DNA from: an uncultured Spirochaetota bacterium
Lineage (GTDB): Bacteria > Spirochaetota > Spirochaetia > SZUA-6 > Fen-1364
Direction of reading: 5' to 3'
DNA: 64,000 nucleotides
Assembly: GCA_963781885.1 (NCBI GenBank)
Contig: CAWAHW010000001.1
Coordinates: 384,001 to 448,000, forward strand
Positions 10,894 to 21,783 of the stretch are shown one piece after another. The translations under genes and the position numbers were made by a program. How positions within the stretch are numbered: the first letter of the stretch is position 1; every line of letters begins with the position of its first letter. The notes beneath the pieces are model-generated. The model was not told the origin of the DNA, did not search any database, and saw only the letters and a program-made list of their open reading frames with translations.

Positions 10894-10924
10894 AAAGACG
10901 GCCATGGGGGTGAATCCCATGGCC
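10893..10924 (-). terminator. Intrinsic terminator-like hairpin
   Basis: GGCCATGGG-N7-CCCATGGCC stem followed by GTCTTTTT on minus strand. Confidence 0.55.
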
Positions 10925-11059
10925 ATCGGGAAGGGAGGAAGTCAGCCTGTTCAGGGCTTACGTCGTCATCTGTCCTTCATTGTAGCGCAGGGCGCATCCA
11001 ATCACAGGGCCATGACGAGGAGCAGCGATCGTCGAACGTCGACCGCCGCTCCCGCGTGC

Positions 11060-11311
11060 CTATCCGATGTCCTTCCGCATCTGATCGAATTCCTGACGGG
11101 AGATCTCACCGCGCGCGTAGCGCTCCCGGAGAATGGAAAGCGCCACGTTCTCCCGCGTCGGCCTCAAGCCGTGCCGCGCGAGATTCACGATGAGCATCAC
11201 CATTGCCGCGACGAAGAGCGCCCAGAAGACGACCATTGCGATCGGCCCCACCCAGGACAGCCAGCCGACGCCGTGCGCCATTGCGAACCCGTATCTGCCC
11301 GCTCCAAACAT
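11060..11311 (-). CDS. SHOCT domain membrane protein
   Basis: TM helix then ALSILRERYARGEISRQEFDQMR; AGGAG RBS. Confidence 0.85.
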   Translation of the reverse strand: MFGAGRYGFAMAHGVGWLSWVGPIAMVVFWALFVAAMVMLIVNLARHGLRPTRENVALSILRERYARGEISRQEFDQMRKDIG

Positions 11312-11369
11312 CGCGCTTCTCCTTTCTGTCGCTGAATGAAAGGTAGCGGGGAGCGATGCGAGCGGCCAG

Positions 11370-11403
11370 TTAAATTACCTTAATCCCAGCTTAACGAAGT
11401 TAA
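11370..11403. promoter_or_regulatory. Helically phased TTAA direct repeats (possible OmpR-family binding site) upstream of SHOCT gene
   Basis: TTAA at 11370, 11380, 11391, 11400 in an otherwise GC-rich context. Confidence 0.35.
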
Positions 11404-11414
11404 CGCAAGGACGA

Positions 11415-12824
11415 TCAGACCTCGAAGATCTTTCCCGGGTTGAGGATTCCCTGGGGGTCCAGGGCGCGCTTGATCGCGCGCATCGCGGCGACCGGGGCGG
11501 GGCCGAGATTCTGCGTGAGAAAGGCGCGCTTCACGAGCCCGATGCCGTGCTCGCCCGAGATCACCCCTCCGCGCTCGGCCACGTCGGCGTAGAGGGCCCG
11601 GGTCGCTTCATCCCGGCGCGGCCTCCAGTCGGGAAGCTCCGGCCCGAAGAGCCCGTCCTGGAGCATGCATTTCATGAAATGACTGTGCACGTTGCCGTCG
11701 GCGGCGTGCCCGAAGCACGGCATGGAGGCGCCGAGCCTCGCCTCGAGGGAATGGACGACGCTCACGTGGCGCGCGATCTCGGAGCGCGGCACGCACACGT
11801 CGTACACCTCCGCCATGCCGGGGCGCAGCGCTTCGTAGAGGTTGCTCCGCAGCTCGAGGATCTCCGTCTGTTTCGCCTTCTGGTCGGCGATGAGCACGTC
11901 CAGAGCGCCCGCTTTCTCCATGACCTCGCCGATCGTCTCAGCCTGGGAGAGGGTGTCTTCCTCGTTCCTGCCGTCGAGGATGATCATGAGGGAGGCGTCA
12001 CCCGTACGGGCCGGCCAGGTCTTGTTGAGGAGCCGCTCCGCCGCGCGCATGGGTGCGTGCTCGACGAACTCCACCGCGCAGGGAATGATGCCCTGTTCGA
12101 GCATGCCGGGCACCGCCTCGATGGCCTGCTGGACCGTGGCGAACGGAGAGATGAGCGTCTGCACCGATCCCACCCGGGGGAGAAGGCCCAGCGTCACGCG
12201 CGTGATCACGCCCAGCGTGCCCTCCGACCCGATCATGAGGTCCAGCAGGTGATAGCCCGCGCTGGACTTGATGAACTTGCCTCCGAGCTCCATCACCTCG
12301 CCGTCTGCCGTGACCACCTGGAGACCGAGCACGAAACGCTTCACCGTGCCGTATTTCACCGCGCGCGCGCCGCCGGCATTCGCCGCCACGGCGCCGCCGA
12401 TGAATGCCCCCTCGTCCCCCGGGTGCGGCGGGAAGTAGAGCGACAGCGCGTCCACCTCCTCGTAGAGCCGCTTCAGGGTCATGCCCGCCTGCACGGTGAT
12501 GGTGTTGTTCTTCCTGTCCGCGTCGACCAGGCGGTTGAGAAGCTCCATGGAAAGAACGATGCCGCCGGGACAGGGTATGCATCCGCCGGCGAGGCCCGTG
12601 CCCCCGCCGCGGGTGGTGAGGGGGACGCCTTCGCGCAGGCAGAGCCGGACAAGGGCGGCGACTTCCTTCTCATCGGCAGGCTTTACAACCGCCAGGGGCG
12701 CCGTGCGGAAAGAATCCGTCGCGAACTCGTCGTGACTGAAGGGGGCAATGGTGTCGGGATCGAGCAGGAGTCGGTCCCCGACGATGTCGCGTGCGCCGGC
12801 ACGCCATGAATCGCTGAGTGCCAT
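11415..12824 (-). CDS. FAD-linked oxidase (GlcD/D-lactate dehydrogenase-like)
   Basis: RGGGTGLAGG, NAGGARAVKYG, GSEGTLG, GHAADGNVH, SGEHGIG, LNPGK. Confidence 0.9.
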   Translation of the reverse strand: MALSDSWRAGARDIVGDRLLLDPDTIAPFSHDEFATDSFRTAPLAVVKPADEKEVAALVRLCLREGVPLTTRGGGTGLAGGCIPCPGGIVLSMELLNRLVDADRKNNTITVQAGMTLKRLYEEVDALSLYFPPHPGDEGAFIGGAVAANAGGARAVKYGTVKRFVLGLQVVTADGEVMELGGKFIKSSAGYHLLDLMIGSEGTLGVITRVTLGLLPRVGSVQTLISPFATVQQAIEAVPGMLEQGIIPCAVEFVEHAPMRAAERLLNKTWPARTGDASLMIILDGRNEEDTLSQAETIGEVMEKAGALDVLIADQKAKQTEILELRSNLYEALRPGMAEVYDVCVPRSEIARHVSVVHSLEARLGASMPCFGHAADGNVHSHFMKCMLQDGLFGPELPDWRPRRDEATRALYADVAERGGVISGEHGIGLVKRAFLTQNLGPAPVAAMRAIKRALDPQGILNPGKIFEV

Positions 12825-12927
12825 GGCCGAATGATAGCATGCTGCCCCGTGCATGTCCCGCCGGTTTACGCGCTTCCTCCTTCAGGCCTTGCCCGCGTAT
12901 ATTTGAGGCATTCGGAAGGAGCATGCC

Positions 12928-13509
12928 GTGAGCTTCACACTCGGTCTCGGGGCAAAGGCCCCCGCGTTTCGTCTCCCTGCCACCGACGACAGGACCTACA
13001 CGCTGGAAAGCTTCAAGGAGGCTTCCGCGCTTGTCGTCTTTTTCACTTGCAATCACTGCCCCTACGTCATCGGCTCGGACGACGTGACGCGCAAGAGCGC
13101 CGAAAAGTACAAATCAAAAGGCGTCGTCTTCGTCGCCATCAATGCGAACGATGAAAAGACGCACGCGGACGACGATTTCGCCCACATGGTGACGCGCATG
13201 CAGGAGCACAAGTTCCCGTGGGTCTACCTCCGCGACGAAAGCCAGGATGCCGCCAGGGCTTATGGCGCGCTGCGCACCCCCCACTTCTTCGTGTTCGGCA
13301 AGGACAGATCGCTCGTTTACACCGGGCGTGGCGTCGACTCGCCGAAGGAAACCGCGAAGATGACGGTCAACGACCTGGACAACGCGCTGGATGACTACCT
13401 GGCCGGCGTGCCGGTCCGGGTGGAGCTCACGAATCCCATCGGGTGCAATGTAAAGTGGCGGGGCAAGGATGCGCACTGGATGCCGCCGGAAGCCTGCGAT
13501 CTGGTGTAG
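12928..13509 (+). CDS. Thioredoxin-fold AhpC/TSA family protein
   Basis: [26 protein letters not shown]. Confidence 0.88.
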   Translation: MSFTLGLGAKAPAFRLPATDDRTYTLESFKEASALVVFFTCNHCPYVIGSDDVTRKSAEKYKSKGVVFVAINANDEKTHADDDFAHMVTRMQEHKFPWVYLRDESQDAARAYGALRTPHFFVFGKDRSLVYTGRGVDSPKETAKMTVNDLDNALDDYLAGVPVRVELTNPIGCNVKWRGKDAHWMPPEACDLV

Positions 13510-13519
13510 TGCGCCGAGG

Positions 13520-13616
13520 GCGACAGCGTGGCCGCCAGAATGGCACGGGCCTCCTTTCGGCCTTCCATGGCCTCGTCGGCCCTCGCCTTCCTTGGCTATG
13601 GCGTACCGTGGCCGCC
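13520..13616. repeat. REP-like GC-rich palindromic element between convergent genes
   Basis: GCGTGGCCGCCAGAATGGCACGG and GCTATGGCGTACCGTGGCCG resemble the minus strand of the 36-bp repeat at 34061. Confidence 0.45.
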
Positions 13617-14543
13617 CTAGACCTCGAAGGTCTTGCCCTCCTGGGCGATGGAGACCTTCATGCGCGTCTTGCCCTTGATCGCTTTCATATAGGCCGCGTG
13701 CAGCCCCTCCAGCTCCTGGTCGTTGCGCAGGGGCTCGTGGTGGAACAGGATGAGGTGCTTCACCCCGGCCTTGTTTGCCGAGTTGATTGCCCATTCGAAT
13801 GAGCTGTGACCCCAGCCGATCTTGCCCGCCAGGTATTCCTTGTGCGTGTACTGCGTGTCGTGGACAAGGAGGTCGGCGTTCTGGTAGAAGGCCTGCACCT
13901 TCTCATTCTCTTCCCGCGCGGCGATCTCCCCCTCCTTGACTGCCGCCTCGTCGTAGCCGGGATCGTCCGGCTTCACGTCGAAGACATTGCGGAACAGCTC
14001 GTGATCGTAGGCCGTGCAGAGCACCTTGCCTTCAAACTCGAACTTATAGCCCAGCACGAGGATGGGGTGATTGAGGTACTTCGTGGTCACCGTGAGCCCG
14101 TCGCCCAGATCGAGATTGCCTTCCTTGAGCTGGTAATAGTTGATCTTCGCGCGCAGCTCCTCCAGGCGCACGGGGAAGTAGCGGTAGCGGAGCTGGTCGC
14201 CGACGATCTTGTCCAGGGTGTCCTCTTCATAGGTGACGGGGCCGTAGATGTCGAGCTCCGTGCCGGGGATGAAGATGGGCGTGAAGAAGGGGAAACCCAT
14301 GATGTGGTCGTAATGGGTGTGCGTGAGGAAGACCTTCGTGTGAATGGGGCCCCGCGGCAGGTCCTTCTTCATGACCACGCCGGCGAGCTCGCGGATGCCG
14401 GAGCCAAGGTCGATGATGATGAGACGGTCCTTGTCCCCGAAACGCAGCTCGATGCAGGAGGTGTTCCCGCCGTACTTGACGGTAGTGGGACCGGGGACGG
14501 GGATCGAGCCCCGAACCCCCCAGAAGGTCAGGCGTATGGACAC
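13617..14543 (-). CDS. MBL-fold metallo-hydrolase (RNase Z/phosphodiesterase-like)
   Basis: WGVRGSIP, YGGNTSC, THTHYDHIMG, GWGHS, LFHHEP. Confidence 0.88.
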   Translation of the reverse strand: MSIRLTFWGVRGSIPVPGPTTVKYGGNTSCIELRFGDKDRLIIIDLGSGIRELAGVVMKKDLPRGPIHTKVFLTHTHYDHIMGFPFFTPIFIPGTELDIYGPVTYEEDTLDKIVGDQLRYRYFPVRLEELRAKINYYQLKEGNLDLGDGLTVTTKYLNHPILVLGYKFEFEGKVLCTAYDHELFRNVFDVKPDDPGYDEAAVKEGEIAAREENEKVQAFYQNADLLVHDTQYTHKEYLAGKIGWGHSSFEWAINSANKAGVKHLILFHHEPLRNDQELEGLHAAYMKAIKGKTRMKVSIAQEGKTFEV

Positions 14544-14556
14544 GCTTTGAGCTCTC

Positions 14557-15429
14557 CTACTGGGACACGCTCAGGAAAATCTTCGCCTTTTCGATCTCAC
14601 TGTTCGCTTTTTCCTCGACCGCTTCCAGGTCGTCCAGCGTGATGCCCAGCTCTTCCAGGAGGGACGGGGGAAGCTTTTCCGGGTAGCGGTCCCCCGAGAA
14701 GCCGATCTGCGCGCTATTGGCGAAGAAGTTCGCCGCGGCCACGGTGAGGAGGACCTCCCGGTTGGCGCCGGGATAGGAGTCGAGGAAGTGGTGGAAGAAG
14801 ACGACGTCCTCCATCACGGGACCGAGATTCCAGTTCTTGATGATGAGGCGCCCCACCTCGCAGTGGTTGACCTCCATGGTGCGTTCTTCCAGGATGTAGA
14901 GGGGCGCCCGCTCCTTGTCCGTGAGCGACAGCGCCGTCACGTATTCCGCGGACAGCTTGTTGTTGAGCGGTATCTTTCCGATGTCGTGGAGAAGCCCCGC
15001 GACGAAGTACTCTTCCAGCTGCTTGGGGTCCTTGCGGCGCTTGATGGCGATCAGCTTCGCGGTGACCCCGACGGCCAGGGAGTGCCGCCAGAAGCCGTCG
15101 ATGTTCAGCGCCTGGAAGTTTCCCTTTGCCGACAACTGCCCGAGCACCGCGGTGGAGAGGGCGAGATTCTTCACCGTGTTGATGCCCAGCATGATGATGG
15201 CCCGCACGAGGCTGGTGATCTGGTTGTTGAGGCTGTAGTAGGCGGAGTTGATGAGCTTCATGACCCGGCCCATGAGCACGGGGTCGAGGCTGATGACCTG
15301 GTTCAGGTCGGACGGCGAGGTCTTCGGGTCGTTGGCGATCTGGAGGATCTTCGAAACGGTGATGGGCAGGCTGGGCATCTTCGAGATGTAGGTCTGGATG
15401 ACTGCGAGTATCCGCTCTTTGTCCTGCAT
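14557..15429 (-). CDS. HDOD domain protein
   Basis: MPSLP, DPVL...INSAYY, FWRHS, AGLLHDIGK. Confidence 0.9.
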   Translation of the reverse strand: MQDKERILAVIQTYISKMPSLPITVSKILQIANDPKTSPSDLNQVISLDPVLMGRVMKLINSAYYSLNNQITSLVRAIIMLGINTVKNLALSTAVLGQLSAKGNFQALNIDGFWRHSLAVGVTAKLIAIKRRKDPKQLEEYFVAGLLHDIGKIPLNNKLSAEYVTALSLTDKERAPLYILEERTMEVNHCEVGRLIIKNWNLGPVMEDVVFFHHFLDSYPGANREVLLTVAAANFFANSAQIGFSGDRYPEKLPPSLLEELGITLDDLEAVEEKANSEIEKAKIFLSVSQ

Positions 15430-15432
15430 GCC

Positions 15433-18385
15433 TTATCCCGATCTCCCCATCCGGGCGACTATCGATTCTATGCGGTCCCTCATGGCCGCGCCAACTGCCT
15501 TGTCGGGGTGCCAGGCCGCGAGGTCCCTGAGGTAGGAAAACGTATCAACGACACGGGCGCGTGTCAGCGGCTCTTTTTTTCCGGGACGAGGCGGGCCGGA
15601 AGCTCTCCGCCACTTTCTGCCGCAGGCTCTTCTTGCCGGCAAGCTGCGCCTTCAAGGCCTCCATGGCAAGGCGCTCCTTGCTTCCCTTGAACCGCTTTTT
15701 CTCTCGCTCGGGCAGATAATCCGACAGTTTCCCCAGATAGTCAAGGAGATCGCCGGGATTGGTGGGCTTTGCCGGGCCCTTGTCCAGCCGATCGCGGACG
15801 CCGTCCAGGTAATCGCGGAGCTCCTTCCGCACGTCGTTGCTCGATCGGGCAGGCTCGGGCTCCTCGGTTCCCGGTCCGCCGTGCGTCCCCGACGCTTCCG
15901 GAGATCCCGCCCGGGCGGCGGAAGGCGTTCCCGGTTGATTCTCAAAGTTCTCCGGTACTTCTTCCAGCTCCGTCACGGGCTCAAGCTCTGCTTCAGGCTC
16001 TTCCGGGGGGGCGGTCTCCATTTCCGGTTCCGGCTCCGTATCCGTGACAGGACCCAGGCCCGGCCATGCCGGCGCGGAAGGAGCAGGGGTCTCGTCCAGG
16101 GGCTCTTCCACCTCCTCCAGGGTAACATCGGGTTCCTCGGTCTGCTCGGGCTCTTCTTCCCCTTCATCTTCACCGCTCCCTGCCGTGGCGTAGCGGGGGA
16201 ATCCCTCTGCCTGCGGCCCGGACGAAGGAAGGTCCATCATGATGGGCCGCGTGGAAGAGCCGCCGGAGGGCTGCTGCATATTGAGCACGATGGGCGGCAT
16301 CTGCGGCTGCCTCTTCTCGTCGATCTTGCGTGACAGGTCGCGCATCTCGTCGAAAAGCTTGTCGACGACCTTCGACTGCGCGGCAACGGATTCCTTCAGC
16401 GACTGGGCGAGCACCGATTCGCCCTGGGGGGAAAGGGTGAGCTGCGCCGGCTGCGCAATCGACGCTTGTGCCGGCTGCGGAGCCGCGGGGGGTGCGCTTC
16501 CCCGCGGTTGCTGGGAGGGAAGCTGCGGCTGCGGCTCGAACATCTCGAGGGCGGGGTTTTCCTCATAGAGCTCCTGGTCTTTCAGGAGATTCACGAGGTT
16601 GGGCGGCCGCTCGTCCTCGATGGAAACCGCGTCCTCCTGGATGGACTCGTCGACCTCCTCCAGCTGGAGCTCCTCATCCACCTCGCGCACGGCGAAGACC
16701 GGCTCCAGACCGCCCACGTTGATGATGGGAACCGCATCCTCCTCCAGCGGCTCGACATCCTCCAGCATGAGGGTGTCGTCGTCGGCCTTCTCCTTCTGGG
16801 GCGGTGCCGTCTCCACGGAGAGCTCGCGGAACTTGCGGATGGTCTTCTCCCGCTCGTCGCGGAAGTCCTTCTCGTGCTCGGAGATCGCCTTCTCGTACTC
16901 CTCCATGGCGTTGGAGAGGGCTTCCATGTCGCGCGGGTCCGTGCTCTGCTCCAGCTTGTTGATGAGGCCTTCCATCGTCTCGATGGCCTTTTGCGGCTCG
17001 CCCAGCTCGCGCTGGAGCTTCGCCAGGCGGAAGCTCGCCTCCGCGTCCTCGGGGGAGCTTTCCAGCACCTCGATGAGGATCTGGGCAGCCTGCCGCGCGT
17101 GCCCCTGGCGGGCATGGATGTCGGCCAGGAGCACGCGTGCCCGGTGGTCTTCGGGCTTCGTGGAGAGGTAGCGCAGCACCTCTTCCTCCGCCTTCTGTAT
17201 CTCGTTGCTTTCCTTCCAGAGAAAGGCGCGGTCGAGCCTGAAATCCTGGTCCTCGCCTCCCAGGCTTTCAAGCTTGTTGTAGGAGGCGAAAGCCTTTGCC
17301 TTTTCCCCCGTGCGGCCGTAGGAAATCGCCAGACCCTTGAGCGCATCAGGGTTGGCAGGCTCGCGGGAAAGAACGGCCTTGTAGCCTTCTATCGCTTCGG
17401 GATAATTCTCCAGCAGGCGCAGGATGCCCGCCAGGTGCAGACGCGCTTCCAGGTTGTCGGGCTCCAGCGCGAGCAGGCGCCGCAGCTCCTCCATGGCCTC
17501 GGTGAGCTTTCCCTCCTCCTCCAGGAGTGATGCGAGGTTTCCGACCGCCTGCGCATAGCGCGGGTTTGCCTTCATGGATTCGCGGTAGGCGGCTGCCGCA
17601 TCGTCCTTCCTGCCCAGCGCGGCGGCAACGACCCCGAGATTGTTCAAGGTGCGCGCGTTCTTCGGCTCCGCGCGCAGCGCCTCGCGGAGGGTCTTTTCCG
17701 CCGCGTGGTTGTCGCCCATGCGGTGCTGCGTGACGCCGAGATTGTTCAGCGCGTCCGCCCAGCCCGGCTTCGCCTTTGCCGCGGCCTCGTACTCCTCCCG
17801 GGCTTCCTTGGTCTTGCCGATGCGCTCATAGACGACGCCGAGGTTGTAATGCAGCCGGGGCTGGCTCGTGTCCGCCTGCAGGCCCTTCTGGTAGATGCGG
17901 ATGGCGTCCCCGAACCGGCCCGTCGACTCCAGCACCGTGCCGAGGTTGATGTAGGACGGCACGAAGCCGGGGTCCACGGCGATGGCTTTGGCGAAGTTCT
18001 CCTCTGCAAGCTCGTTGTTCCCCAGGGACTTGTAGACGTTGGCAAGATTGTAGTAGACGTCGCCGCGCTGCGGGGAGAGGTTGATGGCGCGCTCGAAATG
18101 CGGGATGGCCTCGCCGTAGGACTCGATGCGGCGGTAGAGCACGCCGAGATTGTTGTGCGCCTCCGTGTAGTCGGGTTTCAGCTGCACGGCCTTCTGGAAC
18201 ATCTCGATGGCCTTGCGGAACCGGCCCGTCTTCTCGCAGACGCTGCCCAGGAGGTTGTAGGCCACCGCGGAGTCCTGCTGGTCCTCCAGGATGCGCAGCG
18301 CGAGCTTTTCCACCAGAGGGTATTCGCCCATCTTGAAGGCGTTGCGCGCGCGCATGAGGATCTCGGGGGTGGTCATGGATTTCAT
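15433..18385 (-). CDS. Large TPR-repeat protein with acidic/proline-rich C-terminal region; frameshift at poly-T near 15575
   Basis: Many TPRs (AYNLLG, AHNNLG, YYNLA, LNNLG); start MKSMTTPE overlaps the upstream stop; C-terminus continues in ORF 15433-15642. Confidence 0.85.
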
Positions 18386-19926
18386 TTGTATATCCTGGAC
18401 GGACGGGCGCTCGCCTCGGGGCTGAACTGGCTCTGCTGCCGTGGATCCGCGGCGTCGTAGGCGACCACGGCGAAATAGTACAGGTTGCCGTTCTGCAATC
18501 CGTCGATGACAAGCGTCGTCGCCGCTCCGACATCCACCGGCGAGTCCCCCGGGGTGGCGCCGGTGCCCAGGTACGTGTGCGGCGCGTCGCCGTAGTACAC
18601 GAGATAGCCCTTCACGTTCAAATCGTTCACCTTCCGCCAGGAGAGGGTCACCTTGCCATTGCCCGGCGTGGCGACGAGGCCCGCCGGCGGAGAAGGCGGG
18701 AGATTGGGCTCGTAGACGATCCGGACGTCCGAAAGCCGCGGGCTCTGCGTGCGGGTCCCGTCGGGGTAGAGCTCGACCATGATCTGGACGTAGCGCGCCT
18801 TCACCGTGTCCATGAAATCGGTGCCGGGAACGAATGGCACCCAGTCGGTATCGGTCTTCAGGAGACGTTTGCCGCCCCAGGTGTTGGCGATCTGGTAGAA
18901 GAACTCCACGTTGGCATCCGCGGGCGTGCTCGTCACCGCCTCGATGCGCGCGATTCGCGTATCGGAGTAGCCCAGGTCGATGATCCGGCTGGTGACCGAG
19001 CCGGTCCTGCCGAGGAAGCGTGTGCTCACCGCGTCCTGTACGAAGCGCCGCGAGATGCGCAGCTCGTCCAGGAAACCGGTGTAGCCCTGCCCGACGGTGA
19101 GGGGACCCGCGTATGCCGTGCCCACCGTGGGCACGGCGATGGAGCCCGTTTCGCTGCCGCTGTCGGTGGCGTGCAGGATCGCTTCCGGCACGCCGTCCAG
19201 CATGTATTCGAGGAGCCCCGTGCGGGAATCGAAGCGCAGCAGGTGGTGGTGCCACACCCGGGGGAGGATCTGGCGCGTTCCGCTCAGGGTCAGGGGCAGA
19301 AAATGCGTCACGCCGTTTTCCGCGGGAAGCGCGAAGAGATTCTGGAAGTCCCAGACGAGCTTCATGTCGCGGATGGAGCAGCGCAGGCTCTGGCTCGCGA
19401 GCGTCGCACTCGATCCCGTCCCCTGCCGGGCGGAGCCAGACCATGACAGTATCGATTCGCCGTCGGAAAGGGAGGCGGGGGACAGCCAGAACTCGATGGT
19501 GAAATCATCCCAGACGGCGCCCGCGGAGAACATTGCATTTGCCGCCGGCTGCAGGGACACGCCCTGCCGCGCGCCGGTGAATGCGGCGCTGGCCGCGCCA
19601 AGCGCCGATTCTGCATCCGAGAGGAGCGGTGCCGTACCGGCGAGCCGGTAGTTCTTTGTCGCATCGGTCTGCGCTGGTGCATCGAAATGGAGGAGGAGAT
19701 CGGTGGCGCTGTCCGGCTCGTAGGCGCCGCTTGAAAGGGCGATGTCGTTGAAGCCCCACCTGCCGGGAACCGGCTCGACCCCGTCGAGAGTGAGCAGGTT
19801 GCTCCAGAGCTTGTCCTTGCCCAGCTCGATGGTCTTCTCCATGCCGGAAACGGGCCCGGTGGCGAGCAGGAGACAGAAAAGTATCGCTCCGGAGCGGCGT
19901 TGTTTCCGGGTCATGGCTCTGTACAT
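18382..19926 (-). CDS. Secreted LamG-like + fibronectin type III domain protein
   Basis: Signal peptide, LLLHFD, FTIEFW, WHH, GFLDELRIS; FN3 PAGLVATPGNGKVTLSW...YYFAVVAYD. Confidence 0.8.
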   Translation of the reverse strand: MYRAMTRKQRRSGAILFCLLLATGPVSGMEKTIELGKDKLWSNLLTLDGVEPVPGRWGFNDIALSSGAYEPDSATDLLLHFDAPAQTDATKNYRLAGTAPLLSDAESALGAASAAFTGARQGVSLQPAANAMFSAGAVWDDFTIEFWLSPASLSDGESILSWSGSARQGTGSSATLASQSLRCSIRDMKLVWDFQNLFALPAENGVTHFLPLTLSGTRQILPRVWHHHLLRFDSRTGLLEYMLDGVPEAILHATDSGSETGSIAVPTVGTAYAGPLTVGQGYTGFLDELRISRRFVQDAVSTRFLGRTGSVTSRIIDLGYSDTRIARIEAVTSTPADANVEFFYQIANTWGGKRLLKTDTDWVPFVPGTDFMDTVKARYVQIMVELYPDGTRTQSPRLSDVRIVYEPNLPPSPPAGLVATPGNGKVTLSWRKVNDLNVKGYLVYYGDAPHTYLGTGATPGDSPVDVGAATTLVIDGLQNGNLYYFAVVAYDAADPRQQSQFSPEASARPSRIYK

Positions 19927-19950
19927 TAGTATTATAATCGGCCGAGGGGG

Positions 19951-21783
19951 GTGTTTCTATTGAAGGGTTTCGATCCACGCGACCGCGCCTACCCGGACTC
20001 GCCGGGGGTCTACATCATGAAGAATGCGGACGGCGCGATCATCTACGTCGGCAAGGCGCGCTCCCTGCGCAACCGCGTGCGCTCCTACTTTGTCGGTGAG
20101 AAGGACATCAAGACCCGGTTCCTCCTGGCGAACATCGCCGACATCGAGGTGATCATCACCCGCACGGAATACGAGGCGCTCATCCTCGAGAACAATCTCA
20201 TCAAGCAGTGGAAGCCGCAGTACAACATCAACCTGAAGGACGGCAAGACCTATCCCGTGATCCGTCTCACCGCGGAAGAGTTCCCGCGGGTTTACAGGAC
20301 CCGCCGGATGATATTCGACGGCTCGGAATACTTCGGCCCCTTTCCCAAGCCCCACCAGATCGACCTGTACCTCCGGCTCATCGAGCGCCATTTCCCCCTT
20401 TGCAAGTACCGCGGCTCGCAGAAGAAGCGCGCCTATCCCTGCCTGAACTACCACATGGGTCGTTGTGCGGGCGCCTGCTGCGGCAAGATCACCCGGGAGG
20501 AATACCTGAAGATCGTCGATGGCGTGCGCAAGCTGCTTTCCGGGCAGAGCGCGGAGCTCTTGAAGGACCTCCGGGACAAGATGAAGGCAGCCGCGGAGGC
20601 GCAGGAGTTCGAGCGCGCGGCGCGCCTGCGCGACCAGATCGCGGCCATCGAAGAGGTCTCCATCGAGCAGAGGGTGGAGGAATGGTCGGAGGAGGACCGC
20701 GACTACATCGCCCTTGCACCCAACGCGGAGGAGATCGTCGTCGTGATCCTCCAGGTCCGGGACGGAAAGCTCCTGGGCAAGGAGGTCTTCCGCGTTGCCG
20801 AGTCATCCACGGAAGAGGAGGCGCTCACCCATTTCGTGACGCGCTATTACACGGAGCGCAAGGCGATACCCGACGCCGTCTACGTGAGCCGTGCCATCGA
20901 CGTGGAGAACATCGCCCCGTACCTGCGCGAGCTTGCCGGGAAGCAGGTCGTCGTGAAGCTTCCGCAGCGCGGCAAGCACAACCAGCTCCTTGCCATGGCG
21001 GAGGCCAATGCGCGGGAAGAGGCCGCCACCGCCGCGCGCACCGCGGAGATGACAACGGCGCTGGAAGGCCTGAAGCTGGACCTGGGGCTGCCGGCGCTGC
21101 CGCGGCGCATCGAGGGATTCGACATCGCGCACCTGGAAGGCAAGGACACCATTGCCTCCATGGTGCGCTTCACCGACGGCAAGCCCGACCGGAAGCTCTA
21201 CCGCGCCTTTTCCATCCGCAGCCTGGAGGGGAAGATTGACGACTTCGAATCCATCCGCGAAGCGGTCGCGCGCCGCTACACGCGCGTGCTGAACGAGGAG
21301 CTGGACCGTCCCGACCTGATCCTGATCGACGGCGGCAAGGGCCAGCTCTCCGCGGCGCGCGGCGTTCTTTCCGGTCTGGGCCTGGCCGACATCCCCGTGA
21401 TCGGGCTTGCGAAGAAGGAGGAGGAGATCTTCATGCCCGGGCGCGAGGAGGCGCTGGCACTCGATGAAGCCTCGCCGAGCCTGCGCATCCTGGAAGCCGT
21501 GCGCAACGAATCGCATCGCTTCGCCACGAAGCTCAGCAAGAAGAGGCGCGTGAAGAGGATGTCGTTGACGCTCCTGGAGGACGTGCCCGGCATCGGCCGC
21601 ACCCGCAGCCGCAGGCTCATGGAGGTCTTCGGCTCCGTGGAGGCGATGCTCGGATCCACGGTGGAGGAGATTCAGAAGAAGGCGGGGCTCCCTAGGGCGA
21701 CAGCTGCCATGCTCCTTGCCCGGCTTGCACAACGATATAGTAGACAAGCAGACGCAGAAGGAGCTCGTGCAGGTCCGTCCTGA
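19951..21783 (+). CDS. uvrC: Excinuclease ABC subunit C
   Basis: PGVY...IYVGKA GIY-YIG, EALILENNLIK, RIEGFDIAH, IDGGKGQ, HhH VPGIG. Confidence 0.97.
   Translation: MFLLKGFDPRDRAYPDSPGVYIMKNADGAIIYVGKARSLRNRVRSYFVGEKDIKTRFLLANIADIEVIITRTEYEALILENNLIKQWKPQYNINLKDGKTYPVIRLTAEEFPRVYRTRRMIFDGSEYFGPFPKPHQIDLYLRLIERHFPLCKYRGSQKKRAYPCLNYHMGRCAGACCGKITREEYLKIVDGVRKLLSGQSAELLKDLRDKMKAAAEAQEFERAARLRDQIAAIEEVSIEQRVEEWSEEDRDYIALAPNAEEIVVVILQVRDGKLLGKEVFRVAESSTEEEALTHFVTRYYTERKAIPDAVYVSRAIDVENIAPYLRELAGKQVVVKLPQRGKHNQLLAMAEANAREEAATAARTAEMTTALEGLKLDLGLPALPRRIEGFDIAHLEGKDTIASMVRFTDGKPDRKLYRAFSIRSLEGKIDDFESIREAVARRYTRVLNEELDRPDLILIDGGKGQLSAARGVLSGLGLADIPVIGLAKKEEEIFMPGREEALALDEASPSLRILEAVRNESHRFATKLSKKRRVKRMSLTLLEDVPGIGRTRSRRLMEVFGSVEAMLGSTVEEIQKKAGLPRATAAMLLARLAQRYSRQADAEGARAGPS

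Noticed and set aside
15545-19444. 1299-aa ORF
   Set aside because: The first ~350 aa are an off-frame read of the LamG/FN3 gene; the real start is 18385.
19920-19950. LexA box upstream of uvrC
   Set aside because: No convincing palindrome seen, and the LexA motif for this lineage is unknown to me.
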